Below are positions 26,844 through 40,652 of a stretch of DNA of 64,000 bases, in pieces; positions within the stretch are counted from its first letter, which is position 1; each line of letters starts with the position of its first letter. Source of the stretch: Octopus sinensis (lineage: Eukaryota); the NCBI RefSeq assembly GCF_006345805.1, contig NC_042999.1:141484001-141548000 (forward strand). The letters are read 5' to 3'. Under the pieces are notes generated by a model, which had not been told where the DNA came from, did not search any database, and worked only from the letters and a program-made list of their open reading frames with translations. Made by a program: the position numbers and the translations under genes.

Positions 26844-26995
26844 TATGCTTTATTTAAAAGCAGCAGAAATTTACAAAAGCTGTTACTTGGAGCTTCACAT
26901 TTGCATTCATCGGACAGTTTTAAAACTGTAAGGTGAACGGGAATGTGAAACTCCGAGTAACAGCTTTTGTTAAATTTCTGCTGCTTTTAAATAAA

Positions 26996-27000
<5 letters not shown>
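26844..27000. repeat. About 157-bp palindrome of two head-to-head hammerhead-bearing repeat ends
   Basis: Arms are reverse complements around about 26921; motifs at 26926-26963 (+) and 26880-26917 (-). Confidence 0.88.
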
Positions 27001-27024
<24 letters not shown>

Positions 27025-27031
<7 letters not shown>

Positions 27032-27568
27032 ACAAAATCACAGAGTAGGAGGAGGATAGAGTAGGAGAAAGGGTAGTATAAGTGAAAGGGGAAGAGAGAA
27101 AATAGTAATTCAGTGAAGGAGAAGTAGTAAGAGTAATAGCCCTGACTGAGAGAGAGTGAGAACAAGTAGCAATGAGAGAAAGGAAGTGGCAAAGAGCACG
27201 CCATGTATCTTCTGTTTTCTCTATAACAACATATGAATGAGAAAGAAGGGATGATAGATGAATAACGAAGGAAGGGGTGAAAAACAAATCAGCGTTTCAA
27301 CTCTGAGTATATGTGTGTGTATATAAAAGGGAGTTATGTGAATGTTTGTGTGTGTGTGTGTAATGGAAATGAGATGGGGAACGTTCAACACTGAAAAGAA
27401 AAATCAAACAGCACTTCAACTCTGTTTGAGTATGTGTGTACATGTGTGCATGTACAAGGGAAGTATGTGAATGTTTGTATCTGTGATTATTATGTACCTT
27501 ATTTTATACCTTATTTACATATAAAATACTACAATTAGCCGTCCTTTTGACAGCACAGGGTCAGCTAG
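27025..27568 (+). mobile_element. Non-autonomous Helitron-like element
   Basis: 3' hairpin gccgtc-ctttt-gacagc followed by CTAG|T; internal ~120-bp tandem duplication; 5' end uncertain. Confidence 0.5.
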
Positions 27569-28099
27569 TGCTGTTATAACTGATAAAATCATCAATGCTT
27601 GATTAAAATATCATGCAATAGTGACATTCATGATTATTTTATGTGTGATGTATGTGTGTTGATTTTCAGTTTGCATTTTGCTATTATTAAACTTCCATAG
27701 TTATTATTCATATTTCTGTAGAACTCTGTATAAAACAGTTGTACTGTCAATTTATGCTTTTTTAATTATATTTTGTGCACTGCATGATGACAAGCTATGA
27801 AGGCTTCTAGTGAATACATGATCAGCTGGCAAAGAGAGTCATACTTCTGTACCTCTTGTAACAGTTTGAGTACTATTGATTATAATTTGCATGTTTAAAT
27901 TTGAATTTGTATACTACATGGGTTCTCTGAAACAGATTCTTTGGTTTGTTAGGTTGGGGTTTCATGTTAATGAAAAGGTCTACCATTCTGGTGGTTTTGT
28001 AATATGTTCTTAACTGAGATTGTGATTAGCTGTGGTACATATGTTTTGTTTTATGAGCTTTTTAATAATTAATTACATTATTAGGATGAAAGGATAAAG

Positions 28100-28345
28100 A
28101 TCCTTCCCTAGTCATATAGATTCATAAGGGCCGGTTTCCTAGTTTCCATGGCATATATATTCCCCACCTGGATGGGATGCTGGTCCATCACAGGATTACT
28201 CACTTTTGTCAGCTGAGTGGACTGGAGAAATATGAAATGAAGTGTTTTATTCAAGAACTCAGTGTATCACCTAGTCCAGGAATTGAAACCACAATTTTAC
28301 AATCATGAGTCTAACATCTAATCACTAAGCCACTTGCCTCCACAC
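28100..28345 (-). mobile_element. SINE (third family; related copy at about 48520-48800)
   Basis: tRNA-like head on minus (gtggcttagtgattag...ggtttcaattcc); shared gaaatgaagtgtttt..aagaac core. Confidence 0.6.
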
Positions 28346-28914
28346 AAAAAATATGCTATTAGTAAAATCAGATGTAAATTCACCCAGTTGTATCAAAGCT
28401 GTAATAAAATTAAGCAAAACTGATCAGGAAAATCAAGTAAAATGAACAGTAAAATCAAGAATTATACCTGGTGAACAATCATTTGTTTTTATACTGCAAT
28501 GATGAAGCATATATATGTACTTTGTACTTTTTAGATTGAATGAGCTTGAAAGTATTATTAAATGATTGCTGCAGGGTCAGTCTAGTGTGTTGTTAATGTT
28601 CCATGAAATGTATTGTTGCAATGATTGTATTGGCTAGAGAATGCAGCAATCATTAACAGTGATTCTGATATATCTCAGGGCTATATTTAACATTTTTATC
28701 ACCATCATCATTTAACATCCAGCTTCCATACTGGTAAGGAGTGGACATGCTTGTGTTTCTACTTCGGCATGGTTTCTAAGGCTGAAAATCTTTTACAATG
28801 CCAAACATTTTACAGAAAGTAAGTGGTTGATGTGTGAGTACATGTGAGAGTATAGCCTGTGATAGTATAGAGAGTGTTATTACTTCATAGTAAAGGTGAA
28901 TGTTTAATACTAAC

Positions 28915-29041
28915 CTCTTCTTGCATTAGAGGATCATCTGGGGTGATATCAGTCAGAATCGTTGGAGTTATCAGTAGACTTTCTTCACAAAATTCCCCAC
29001 CAAATGCAGGTTTTCGGTTTCCCACAAGTTCCTTCAAATGT
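28915..29041 (-). CDS. ALDH3: ALDH3-like exon (HLKELV...PTILTDITPDDPLMQEE)
   Basis: 127 nt, phase 2/0; PTIL...MQEE motif; |gttagt donor. Confidence 0.94.
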
Positions 29042-29359
29042 CTAGAATGGAATAATTATTTTGAATCCAAAAATGACGATGTGTAATGTAGAGTATAATG
29101 CTTCTTTACTTAATCTTGAATAAGTTGAGTTTGTGGTTTATTCACTTATGTAAATTTGATTACATTTAAATTAACAACATTGCTGTGAGAAATATCTCCC
29201 AACTTCTACAGATGTCATTTTTTTATGACATAATTGTCAATTTCAGAAAAAGTGAAGAAAAAAGAGGAAATAGAAACTGAGGGTAGAAGGGGGGAGAGAG
29301 AGAGAGAAGGGGAGAGAAGAGGAGAGGAAGTGGGCGAGATACATATGGAAAAAGACGGA

Positions 29360-29590
29360 TAGATAGCCAATCCCACCTATTTTTTCCAGCAACTTCTGCT
29401 GTGGCTACATGGAATTGATTGTGTAGTCCCTTCTTGTGTAATTTTTCTTTATGTCCTTTTTGTACTTCTTTCTTTGTTTTCCCTTTTTTCTCTGCTCTCA
29501 ATACTCCCTTGTTCCTAACTGTCACTAGCAGGGTTTCCTTACTTTGGGCTAGGTATCTCATTAAGATTTGAGTTTGAGAGCTTAATAATA
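29360..29590 (-). mobile_element. R4/Dong-like ORF remnant
   Basis: K.LH.QF......WL motif in ORF 29223-29594, next to a (TTA)n tract. Confidence 0.5.
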
Positions 29591-29619
29591 TCATTATTAT
29601 TATTGTTATTATTATTATT

Positions 29620-30158
29620 GAGTGAGAGAGCAGTTCATGCCATCAAAGTGACACTGGGGTAAAATATACGAAGCCCAATATACCCATCATGACTACCCGT
29701 CTGATAAGGGTACACCAGGCACATGCATCACAACCATATGTGCGCGACATGGTGATCTCATATCAAGATAAACAGCACATGACCTTGCAGGTGGGGCCCA
29801 GTTAGAATTTTCTTCAGGTTGAGTAGCCCATCCCGCTCAAAAGGTCCCTGAATAAGGGTTGTTTAAGGATGTTGAAAGAACCACTCATGTTTCCAGAGGT
29901 GAATTATTCAAACCCCAAAGAATCCCTCTCAACACATGGCTATGATGCTCCCCCACTACTTCTGCTCATGATCAGAGATGCACATATCGTCAGCCACTAA
30001 GGGACATGCTCAACTGGTTAAGGCCAAACAACTGACAAGCAAATCTGTGGTATTGAGCAGAATATTTGCTATAGCCCATCTTTTATACCAAGACAAAACA
30101 ATGTATATGATAACACTTCCAATCAGTTAAGATCAGAAGCCATGAGAGCCACTGCCTG

Positions 30159-30160
<2 letters not shown>
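29620..30160 (-). mobile_element. About 540-bp non-coding insertion inside a (TAA)n microsatellite
   Basis: GC-richer block flanked on both sides by (TTA)n; no ORF. Confidence 0.6.
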
Positions 30161-30199
<39 letters not shown>

Positions 30200-31406
30200 C
30201 ATTATTATTATTATTATTATTATTATGAAGGCAGTGAGCTGGCAGAATCATTAGCATGCCAGAAGAAATGTTTAGCAGCATTTTGTCCACCTTGACATTC
30301 TGAGTTCAAATTCCACCAAGGTCAACTTTGCCTTTCATCCTTTCGGGGCTGATAAATTAAGTACCAGTGAAGCACTCGGGTTGATGTGATTGACTAGTCC
30401 TCTCCCTCCAAAATTTCAGGCCTTGTGCTTTTATAGAAAGGATTATTAATATTATTATTATTCAGGTGGGAAGCTAGCAGACTCGTTAGCATGCTGGACA
30501 AAATGCTTAGAGGCATTTCTTCCTGTTCTTTACATTTTCAGTTCAAATTCCACCAAGGCTGACTTTACCTTTCATCTTTTTGGGGTCAATAAATTAAGTA
30601 CCAGTAAAACACTGGGGTTCATGTAATCGATTAGTCCAATGAGTCCAAGTACTGCATTGTCCTCCAATGTCTGCTTTGGCATGGATGTCCTTCCTTATGC
30701 CAAGCACTTTACAGCATTTAAAAACAAATTGTTTTCTTTGGCCAGAGGATTCTGAACATTTTCCTGAGGCAGTGATTGAGGCTGGTTTTTATATGCCTCC
30801 AAATCTCAACCCCATACAAACAGAACTGACTTCGCACTTGTATTGAAGATGCAGAATAAAGTGTTCCTGGAAATGAGTCTCAACTTCCAGATGTTGCTCT
30901 GTAGGTGGAATGCAACCTCACAATTTGCTAATCTTGGCCTTCATATTAGTGTTGTGTTATCTGTTTGGTCAAGGATGATGCCTAAATATGAGCTTGTCAT
31001 TTTCTCAGCTGGGTTACCCTTAATATGTACAGGCTCTATGATGGTAGTTCTGAGATCATAACCTTGTGTTACAATGATCACATCAATTTGTACAAATATT
31101 TCACTGAGATTAATTGTCTTCTCTTGCATCTAGCACAGACAGTGAGACAACAGCAAAAGGTCATTCCTGTACAAAGCATCTAACTCTGTTAGAATCTGCA
31201 TATGTTTATGAAACAATTGCACCAATAATATCCAAATCCATAATAGATACCCTGACATGTAGTTCTGTAATGTTAATAAAATTATTACATAATTATAAAA
31301 AGCAGAAAGTAAGAATTTTAGATGACAACAAAGGAGACAAAATAAGAAGGGGGTGAAAAGAAAAGAAAATAATAACAACAAAATATAATATTGGCTTCAT
31401 AATTAC

Positions 31407-31510
31407 TGGAAATGCTTTTTATGAATGATGCGTCCATAGTCCTTCGTTTCATGTATTGAATCACTATAAAACATTTCAAAAGCTTCAATCAACTTTTCAA
31501 CAAATGGTCC
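31407..31510 (-). CDS. ALDH3: ALDH3-like exon (GPFVEKL...KDYGRIIHKKHF)
   Basis: 104 nt, phase 0/2; DYGRII..HF motif. Confidence 0.93.
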
Positions 31511-32502
31511 CTGAAAGGAAGAATATCACAGTCAATTCCAGTTTTTAGGAGGAGGAGGATCATCATCATCAGCAGAATTTATTTATTTATTTATTTATTT
31601 ATCTATTTATTTATTATCATTCTTCTTATCAGGGTAGTGAGCTGGCAGAATTGCTAGCATGCCAGATCAAATGCTTAGTGACAGTTTTTCTGACTCTATA
31701 TGTAAGTTCAAATCTCATTAAGGGTAACTTTGCCTTTCATCTTTTTGAAGTCAATAAAATAAAGTACCAGTGAAGTACTGAGGTCAGAGTAATAGATTCT
31801 CTCCTCAGCATTTCTGGTCTTGTGCCAAAATTAGAAAGAAGAACTATTATCTTTATCAATTAATTTTAATATAGTGAAAATAACAGAACATTGCAATTCA
31901 TTGCAGGCAGTGTATGTAAATGTGCATAAATACATACATATATAGGCACATGCACACATACATATGCATACAGACATATGCATACACACACCACACACAC
32001 ACACACACAAACACATATATACTATTATACTATTCTCTTATAATTATAAATTTGTTCCATCCATAGAAAGTGCTCTCTTTCGCCTTACGAGCTACAAGGT
32101 ATATCCAACAGTTCTGGTGCCACAAAAAGCATCCAGTCAATTCTGTAAATAGCTGATAAATCAAATTGGGGACAAAACAAGAATATATATACAAATGTAT
32201 TTATACATATCAACCAATGGGAAAGTTTCTATAAGCTCATTAAACTTGTTAGAAAAAGGAGCTAAATCTTTCAAATCCACACAATAATTTAAAAAAGGAA
32301 AGAGATTATGGATAAGATAGTTCGAGATAAAGTATGCTTGAAAAAAAAGACAAGATGGTCATATCTGGAATACATTTAATCACGAGTTTTATGTTTTAGG
32401 ATTGGTATGAAATGAACAACAGCAATGACAAATGATATTTTGGGAAGTATTCCTTAAATTCCACGTGGTGTTATGTTAGAATGTTAATACAAATAATTGT
32501 AC

Positions 32503-32629
32503 CTGTAGTTCCTTTGAACACATCACATAGTCTGGTGCAATACATATCTGGCCACAGTTAACAGTCTTCCCCCAAAGAATACGATTTGCTACATTCTGTA
32601 GGTTACAATCATCATCAATATAAGCTGGG
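32503..32629 (-). CDS. ALDH3: ALDH3-like exon with catalytic Cys (PAYID...[17 protein letters not shown]...)
   Basis: 127 nt, phase 2/0; GQxCIAPDY motif. Confidence 0.96.
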
Positions 32630-33180
32630 CTGAAAAATAGAAAAATGACTAGCATGAAGTATTGGAGTAGAACATCATGGTTAATAATGATCTGGAGGGA
32701 AAAAATACTTGTAATAAGTAACTGGATGCAAAGAATACAGGCAGCAAGGGTTTTCAGTAATTTAGATAATGATGGTAAGTGGCAAGGGTGGAAGGGAGTA
32801 ATATAGAGTATAAGGTCTTGAAAATAATAAGGGCCAGGACAATAAAATAATCTGTAATAAATGTTTAGCAGAGAGAAATCATCATCATCATCGTTTAATG
32901 CCTGTTTTCCATGCTGGCATAGGTTGGCTGGTTTGACTGAGGCCTGGATGCTCTTCCTCACTGGATGCTCTTCCTCACACCAACCACTCTGAGAATGTAG
33001 TGGGTGCTTTTTACGTGCCATTGGCACAGGAGCCAGTCAGGCGGTCCTGGCATCAATCACATTCAGATAGTGCTTTTTACATGTCGCCTGCACGGGAACC
33101 AGTCAGGAGGCAATGGCATCAACCACAGTTGGGTGGTGCTTTTTTTGTGTCACCGATACAGGAAACAGTCAGGTGGCCCT

Positions 33181-33316
33181 AGGTAATAAAGGTCTGGAGA
33201 AGAAATACAGGTAATAATGATCTGAAGAAGAAATACAGGTAATAAGAACCTGGAGAAGAAATACAGGTAACAAGGGTCTGGAGAAGAAATACGGGTAATA
33301 AGTCTGGAGAAGGTAA
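33181..33316. repeat. Minisatellite, about 29-bp unit (ctggagaagaaatacaggtaataa...)
   Basis: 4-5 units; more decayed units at 32690-32750. Confidence 0.8.
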
Positions 33317-35636
33317 GACTATTTTGGTCGGTTGCTTGATACAACAGTCACCCACCTCTTATTTGCAATGCTTTAAACTTTTGCATATAAAGTTTTGCTT
33401 TTATCCCATGAGGTTTCAGTGTAGTTAAAACTATTTAGTACAAGTGAATACAATGACCCAGTATTTGGCAATGATATAGTGTTAATAATGGATTCTGTTT
33501 TTGTTACTAAGCCAGTATGGAAAGAGAGGACTATAGTTGATTGACTCAACCTTAGTATATTACTGATACTAATTAATCACCATGGGATAAAAAGTTGACT
33601 GTGATGAGATTTGAATACAGAACATCAAGAGAAGGAACTAAAAACTGTAAACCTTTTATTCTGAAACTCTACTGCTTTTGCTTAGAAAAGGAAAATTGAT
33701 AGATTTACTCACAAAACACAAGGTAGTTTGTGCTAAACAAAATGAGTGAAGAAGGATGCATAATAATGCATAGACCTTTTGTTTTGCAATGAGAGGAGAG
33801 TGACTGTGTCTATGCTAATTATCAAGCATCAATTATCAGTATTTTAATCATAAATTACATATAATTGTCAATTATTAAGTATCAGCCATATTGAAGAAAG
33901 ATATATCTCACACCTTGGTGTGATTTCATTCACAAATACAAAATTGTGTATTGTGTTTAAAATAGCAAACAAAATCAAGCAGAGTTATATGCCTTGATCA
34001 ATTCAAAAATGCATTAGTAATAATTTGACTCCTTCCCTGTCCATGTTTTCTCTTCTTTGATCTGCAAAAGTTCAAGCTCAACATCATTCCTCACCTGTCT
34101 GAGAGGACTATGTCAACTGCACTGCTTCTTTTGACAAAGAAAAGAAAGAATCGCAGTAAAAGAATACAAAACATTTTCTATGACTCTCAGAAAGAGCATG
34201 GGAGGAGTTATAGATTGTAAATTTTTTTCATATATAAAGTGAATATATGCATGAATGTTCAAGTTGTGAGCTACAGTTTGCATGTATGTAGCTGGAATTT
34301 TTCATAAGGACATACCTTTTCAAGGAAAAACTCATGGGTTATGCAATATTTATTGAACTGTGTTCTTTTTAGTTTCTGACAGAAAAACTAATAATTATTG
34401 TGTCACCATGGACAGAAATATATGTTGGTAAAAGTTACTGATCAAAGTAACCCATTTAGAGTAATTTCATATACAAGGACAGTATCTTGAAAAAAAGTAT
34501 ATTTTCCAAGAAAATTTCTAAAAAAATGTAAAGTAAATTTTTATTTTAAACTCTGCATTTGTTTGTATCATTGCACATTTTTATGAAGCTCAACTCAAAC
34601 CATCTTCTGAATGACTTCAATGCTACAATTATGAGTGAATCTACATTTCTCAACCAACTCAAGACTGTAAGCTTTTGACCCAAAATATAGTGAATTCATG
34701 TGATAGTCACTATCTTAGGTAATAATAAATAACAATTTCTCTTTCCAGCTCCATCCAATTACACCCTGTCTCTTTTCTAAAATGTGAGTTGTCATGCAGC
34801 TTATTTGCAGCGAAGAACCTGTTTTGCTCAGGCCCATCTTTCACACTTTTACTCATCATCTCCTAGCATGAAGCTGCTCCATCAGGGTTCATAGCATGAT
34901 GATGACAACAATGATGATGAGGATGATGATGATGACAACAACGACAATGATGATGATGATGACAATGATGACAACGATGATGACGACAATGACGACGACA
35001 ATGATGATATCGATAATGAAACGTGTGCAAGGCCAAGTACCGCTGCTGGTGAAAGTTTCTGCTATTCCACCACCTTCTAAGTCAGTAACTATACTTGCTG
35101 CTTTATTCCTGATGCAGCAGAAATAAGCAAGTCAAGTGATTCAGAGATTAAGCAATGATTAAAGATAATTCAGTTGACTGAACAGATCAAATTACTAATA
35201 CCCAACTAGTAATGAAGGTTACTTACTGACCTGTTATGCTCAAGATGCTAACCTTGGTCTGATACTTAATATTCATGGCCTCCAATAACAGGAGGATGAA
35301 TTGTATCATCATAATCTTTCATACAATCAGACTCATTATTTCAAACTATCATTTATTTTACTTTAGCATTTATCTCGCTCTTCTTGCTACTTCTGTGTGC
35401 AAATTCTGCTGAAATTACTTTACACATTCACATTCACATATATATATCTTTTATCTCTTACTTGTTTCAGTCATTAGACTGCAGCTGGGGCACTGCCTTG
35501 AAGAACTTTTAGTCAAATGAATTGACCCCAGTACATTTTTTAAAGCCTGGTACTTATTCTATTGGCCTCTTTTTGCTGAACTGCAAAGTTATGGGTAGGG
35601 GTGTAAACAAACGAACACTGGTGGGAGACAATAATA

Positions 35637-35670
<34 letters not shown>

Positions 35671-36274
35671 GGTCTTCTTTCAGTTTATGTCTACCAAATC
35701 CACTCACAAAGCTTTTGGTCAGTCTGAGGCTTTAGTAGAAGATGCTTGCCCAAGGTGCCATGCAGTGGGACTGAACCTGGAACCATGTGGTTAGGAAGCA
35801 AGCTTCTTACCACACAACCATACCTGTGTCTATATCTATATCTATATATATATTGATATATATTGTTTTAATGCTGGAACTCGAAGTAGATAAAACGATA
35901 TATAATAGCATGTAGAATATTAGGTTAAAAAAAAACCTTGGATAGAAAAAGAATGTCAAAGGCTGCCCATTGAAACTCAAATTCACACCTTCTATGAACA
36001 TAACAGAAGATGTGGGTTTATAACAACCCTTTGAGTTTTCTTTATACATTTTAGAAGCTCTTTTGTTACTTGAGAGAAATTACACATAGTTTTATCTACT
36101 TCGAGTTCCACTGATAAAATGATTTATTTCATACCTCTCAAAGTTTCTGGGCAAAAAATTCTTATAATGTAAACAACATACTATTCCTACTAAATGATGA
36201 TGATGTATGTCATCATCATCATCATCCATTAATGTTCATCGAGTTTGCTTTTGATTTTGTCCATTTTGTCCATT

Positions 36275-36962
36275 TTCACTTGCCTCAACAGGTCTTCACA
36301 AGTAGAGTTATGTGTCCCAAGAAGGAAGGTATGCATAGGTGGACTGACTACATCCCAGGTAGTGGCCATGGGTTATGGCCTCACTTGTCCAGCCGGGTCT
36401 TCTCACGCACAGCATACTTCCAAAGGTCTCGGTCTCTGGTCATTTCCTCGGTGAGACCTAAAGAGCGAAGGTCGTTCCTCACCACCTCGTCCCAGATTTT
36501 CCTGGGTCTGCCTCTTCCACAGGTTCCCTCAACTGCCAGGGTGTGGCACTTTTTCACACAACTATCTTCATCCATTCTTACTATGTGTCCATACCAGCAT
36601 AGACGTCTCTCTTGCACACCACATCTGATGCTTCTTAGGTCCAACTTTTCTCTCAAGGCACTTACACTCTGTCTGGTATGAACACTGACATTACACATCC
36701 AACGGAGTATACTGGCTTCATTTCTTGCAAGCTTACGCATATCCTCAGCAGTCACGGCCCATGTTTCACTGCCATGTAGCATGGCTGTTCGCACACATGC
36801 GTCATACAGTCTGCCTTTTACTCTGAGAGAGAGGCCTTTTGTCACCAGCAGAGGTAAGAGCTCTCTGAACTTTGCCCAGGCTATTCTTACTCTAGCAGTT
36901 ACACTTTCGGCACATACACCCCCGCTACTGACTTGGTCACCTAGGTAATGGAAACTATCTAT
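36275..36962 (-). mobile_element. Young 5'-truncated RTE LINE
   Basis: ORF 36381-37157, DSFHYLGD...GRPRKIW..., highly similar to 55190-55767. Confidence 0.93.
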
Positions 36963-37094
36963 ATCCGGAATTACAAAAGACCTCCAGCCATAGAAACAAA
37001 GCCAAAACACATGACTGAAACCCAATGAAGCTTTCCAACATGCCAGCTCTAGCCAAACAGTCCAACACATGCCAGCATGGAAAATGGACTTTAA

Positions 37095-37312
37095 CCCTTT
37101 TGTTACCAACCCAGCTGAAACTGGCTCTGGCTCTGAGTACAAATGTCTTGTTTTCATAAATTATGAATTAAAATCTTCCACCAAACCTTAGTCACAATTT
37201 ATGTTCCTAACACTAGCTGAATGATAGCTAAGTTATTTTACTAAATTCTTTGTTATATTTACAGTAATTGAATGAAACACAGCATCTTAAAATAAATACA
37301 GTAACGAAAGGG
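37095..37312. mobile_element. piggyBac-type MITE with TTAA TSD
   Basis: TTAA|cccttttgttac ... gtaacgaaaggg|TTAA, inserted in the tail of an RTE-tail retroposon. Confidence 0.88.
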
Positions 37313-37457
37313 TTAAAGGATGATGATGATAATGATGATGATGACAATGACGACGATGATAATGACGATGATGATGGTGATGCACATTTATTGCTGAAAA
37401 CAATAAAGAAGGATGAAAATAATAATGTTTTAAAATTTGTTTTCAGAAAAATCTTAC

Positions 37458-37621
37458 CATTTACCACCCAATTCTAAAGTAACAGGGGTTAGATGTTCTG
37501 CTGCACTTTTCATGATAATTTTACCAACTCGACTACTACCAGTGTAGAATATATGATCGAATCGTTCTTGTAAAAGTTCCTGAGTTTCTGGAATTCCTCC
37601 ATTGTAGACTTTAATGCAGTC
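37458..37621 (-). CDS. ALDH3: ALDH3-like exon (DCIKV...[14 protein letters not shown]...[10 protein letters not shown])
   Basis: 164 nt; FYTGS Rossmann motif and catalytic Glu in LELGGK; |gtaaga donor. Confidence 0.96.
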
Positions 37622-38711
37622 CTAATGAAAGAGTATAAAAGTGATATATGTGTGATGTAATTGAAAAATTAACAGACTATAGTTGTTAGAAAAATTATTT
37701 ATGTTTCTAAAAGTGCTATAAAAATATACGTATGGCAATTTTCAAGTCTAAAAATATAATTCTTTGCAATATGTAAAAACCACAAGAAATTTTTGTTCAA
37801 TGCTCCAACATTCTTCCCTTCTTTTTTTTTTTTTTGTCATTCTGTATGGACTCATATTGGCTGTTACTGATCAGTGGCATATGGTAGTTGTTGTCATTGG
37901 GTGTGCTGCCACACTGAATAACATTAATATTGCTCAAATTAGGCATACAAACTGTGTATTTCTATTCAAAATGCGGTGTCCAAGATGTAAATAATATAAA
38001 CTTAATTCAATTGGGATACAGCTATATGGCACTAAAGTAAACAAAATAAATAACACCCTATAAATTGCAAGCATTCTAAAATAAACCATAATTGTCTTAT
38101 GCATTCACACTGAAGAATAAGAAAGCATATAATTTTGCTTGCTTAAATTACTTATATGCAAGTTCTATTCTATAAAGTGTTCAATAACCTCATCGTACAA
38201 TGAGGCACTTTATTATTAGTTTTGAAAACAAATTAAGATCAAAGTAATATAATGATATTGATATTGCAAGAAAAAATTATTGTAAAAAAACGATAGCTTT
38301 ACTTTAGGAATTTTGAATTAATTTAAACGTATAACTTCTCACCATGAAAACAAACATGTGACCATGCTGTCAAAGCTGTCACACACCCTTCACCATTAAT
38401 TTTTTGCCATTCTCCCATTATCCTACAATATGCTTGGTACCATATCATGATACAACACACTGTGAGGTGTGCAGTGTTATTTTAGGACACCCACCACCAA
38501 ATTTGAAGCAGAGGCAGAACAAAAGTTTTCCATCATGATTTGTGGTTAAACTAATGAGTAAGGTTAATATTTATAATGAATTTGTCACTTCCAATGAGTG
38601 TGCAGTGCACACCTAGCACACCCAGAATACACACACCTGTTACTGATGTCTTAAGGTATTCCTCTAACATCTATATGCATTGAATTATCTCTATATCAAC
38701 TGTGTATTGTG

Positions 38712-38773
<62 letters not shown>

Positions 38774-38899
38774 CGTGTGTGTGTGTGTATTTGTTCATAC
38801 ACACATGTTCACATACACACAGACACATACTTTATGTAAGTTTGGATTAGATAAAGTCTGAGTGTATTCTTTAAGCAACACTCAATATGAACTGGTTAT

Positions 38900-39960
38900 C
38901 TACCAGCTCATTCCAGGTTTTCCTGGGTCTGCCTTTTCCACAGGTTCCCTCCATTGTTAGGGTGTGATACCTCTTCACACAGCTGTCCTCATCCATAAGC
39001 AACACATGACCATACCAGCACAATCGTTTCTCTTGCACACCACATCTGATGCTTCTTATGTCCAAGTTTTCTCTCAGGGTACTTACACTGTTGGGTATGC
39101 ACACTGACATTATGCATCCTGCAGAGCATACTAGCTTCATATCTTTCAAGCCTGTGCATATTCTCAGCAATCACAGCCCATGTTTCTCTGCTGTGTAGCA
39201 TAGTGTTCGCACACATGCATCATACAGTCTACCTTTCACTCTGAGTGAGAGGCACTTTGTTATTAGCAGAGGTAGGAGCTCTCTGAACTTTGCCCAGGCT
39301 ATTTTTATTTTAATAGCTACACTCTCAGAGTATCCACCCCCGCTACTGACTTGGTCACCTAGGTAACGGTAGTTATCAACTACCTATAGTTTTTCCCACT
39401 GGCATGTGATGAAATCTGTTTTCTGTACATCTTTGGTGTCTATTGCCCCTGTGCATCTGCCACACACAGAAACTATCTTCCCAGTTAACCTTCCTTTGAT
39501 ATTGCTGCACCTCTTACATGTCTATAGCTTACACTGGGTACATCAGCATAGAGGTGCTCCCAGGGACAGCCTATTTTAAATTCCTCTGTTATTACTTGGA
39601 GGACAATGATGAATAAGAGGGGGGTCAGGGGACTGATCCTTGGTGGAGCTCTTATTCTACCCGGAATTCTTCACTATATTCATTGCCAACCCTTACCTTA
39701 CTGACAGCATCCTTGTACATGGCTTGTACAGCTCTCACCAACCACTCACCTATCTCTAGTTTCTGCATTGACCACCAGATAAGGTATCGGGGATCCCTGT
39801 CAAAGGCATTCTCCATGTCAATGAAAGCAAAGTACTGAGGTTTATCTTTGGCTAGGAATTTCTCCTGCAGCTGTCTTACCAGAAATATAAGCATCAGTGG
39901 TGCTTCTCTCTGGCACAAACCCAAACTGCATCTCATCTAAACTAACTCTTGCCCTAATTA
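38900..39960 (-). mobile_element. Degenerate RTE LINE RT with internal deletion
   Basis: ORFs 39652-39936 and 38871-39170; jump from LYAD to the Cys-rich region at about 39545. Confidence 0.9.
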
Positions 39961-40118
39961 ATTATATATATGATTCTAGATGCTTCTACACATGATAAAC
40001 TGCTACACCATGGAGAAACTGACAATTTTCATCATCAAAATTAGAAGCTTTTATCTGTGTTAATTGGTTTGTGTCTATACACTCAAAGAAGTTCAACTTC
40101 TACAATGAGAAAACTATA

Positions 40119-40154
<36 letters not shown>

Positions 40155-40349
40155 TGAGTGAGTGAAAGGGCTCTCTTATATATGTACATGCGTGCACACA
40201 CACACGTGCACACACACGTGCACACACACGTGCACACACACACGTGCACACACACACACACATACACACATAGCTAGAAAGTGTGTAAAATAATATTAAG
40301 ATGAAATTTGAGAATAACTACTGTAAAATATATCAAAAGTCTTCCTTAC

Positions 40350-40435
40350 TGAATCCAGATAATTGTGTAGGAGTCTTGTTATTACTTCAGCAGAATGAGG
40401 TGCCAACTCTGACGGTTTCACCACAGCACAGTTAC
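40350..40435 (-). CDS. ALDH3: ALDH3-like exon (GNCAVVKPSELAPHS...NYLDS)
   Basis: 86 nt, phase 1/0; KPSE cofactor-binding motif; |gtaagg donor. Confidence 0.95.
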
Positions 40436-40652
40436 CTACCAATTATAATTTCAAAGAAAAGTACAGAATATATTTATGTATACAAATATGCACATAGCTG
40501 CAAAAAAAAAAAAAAAAAAAAAACAGGTCACTGTCTACAGATTCAGTTTCTGTTTGGTTTAAAAAAATTTTTTTTTTGGTTTTTATTTATTTATTCTTTT
40601 TATTTTGCATAACTGCATAACTGAATTAAGCCATAAGTTTGTGAATACTCAC

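Noticed and set aside
32476-33027. 183-aa ORF as a single gene
   Set aside because: Only 32503-32629 is an ALDH exon; the rest is intron and retroposon read-through.
34896-35126. Poly-Met/Thr ORF
   Set aside because: (GAT/GAC)n microsatellite.
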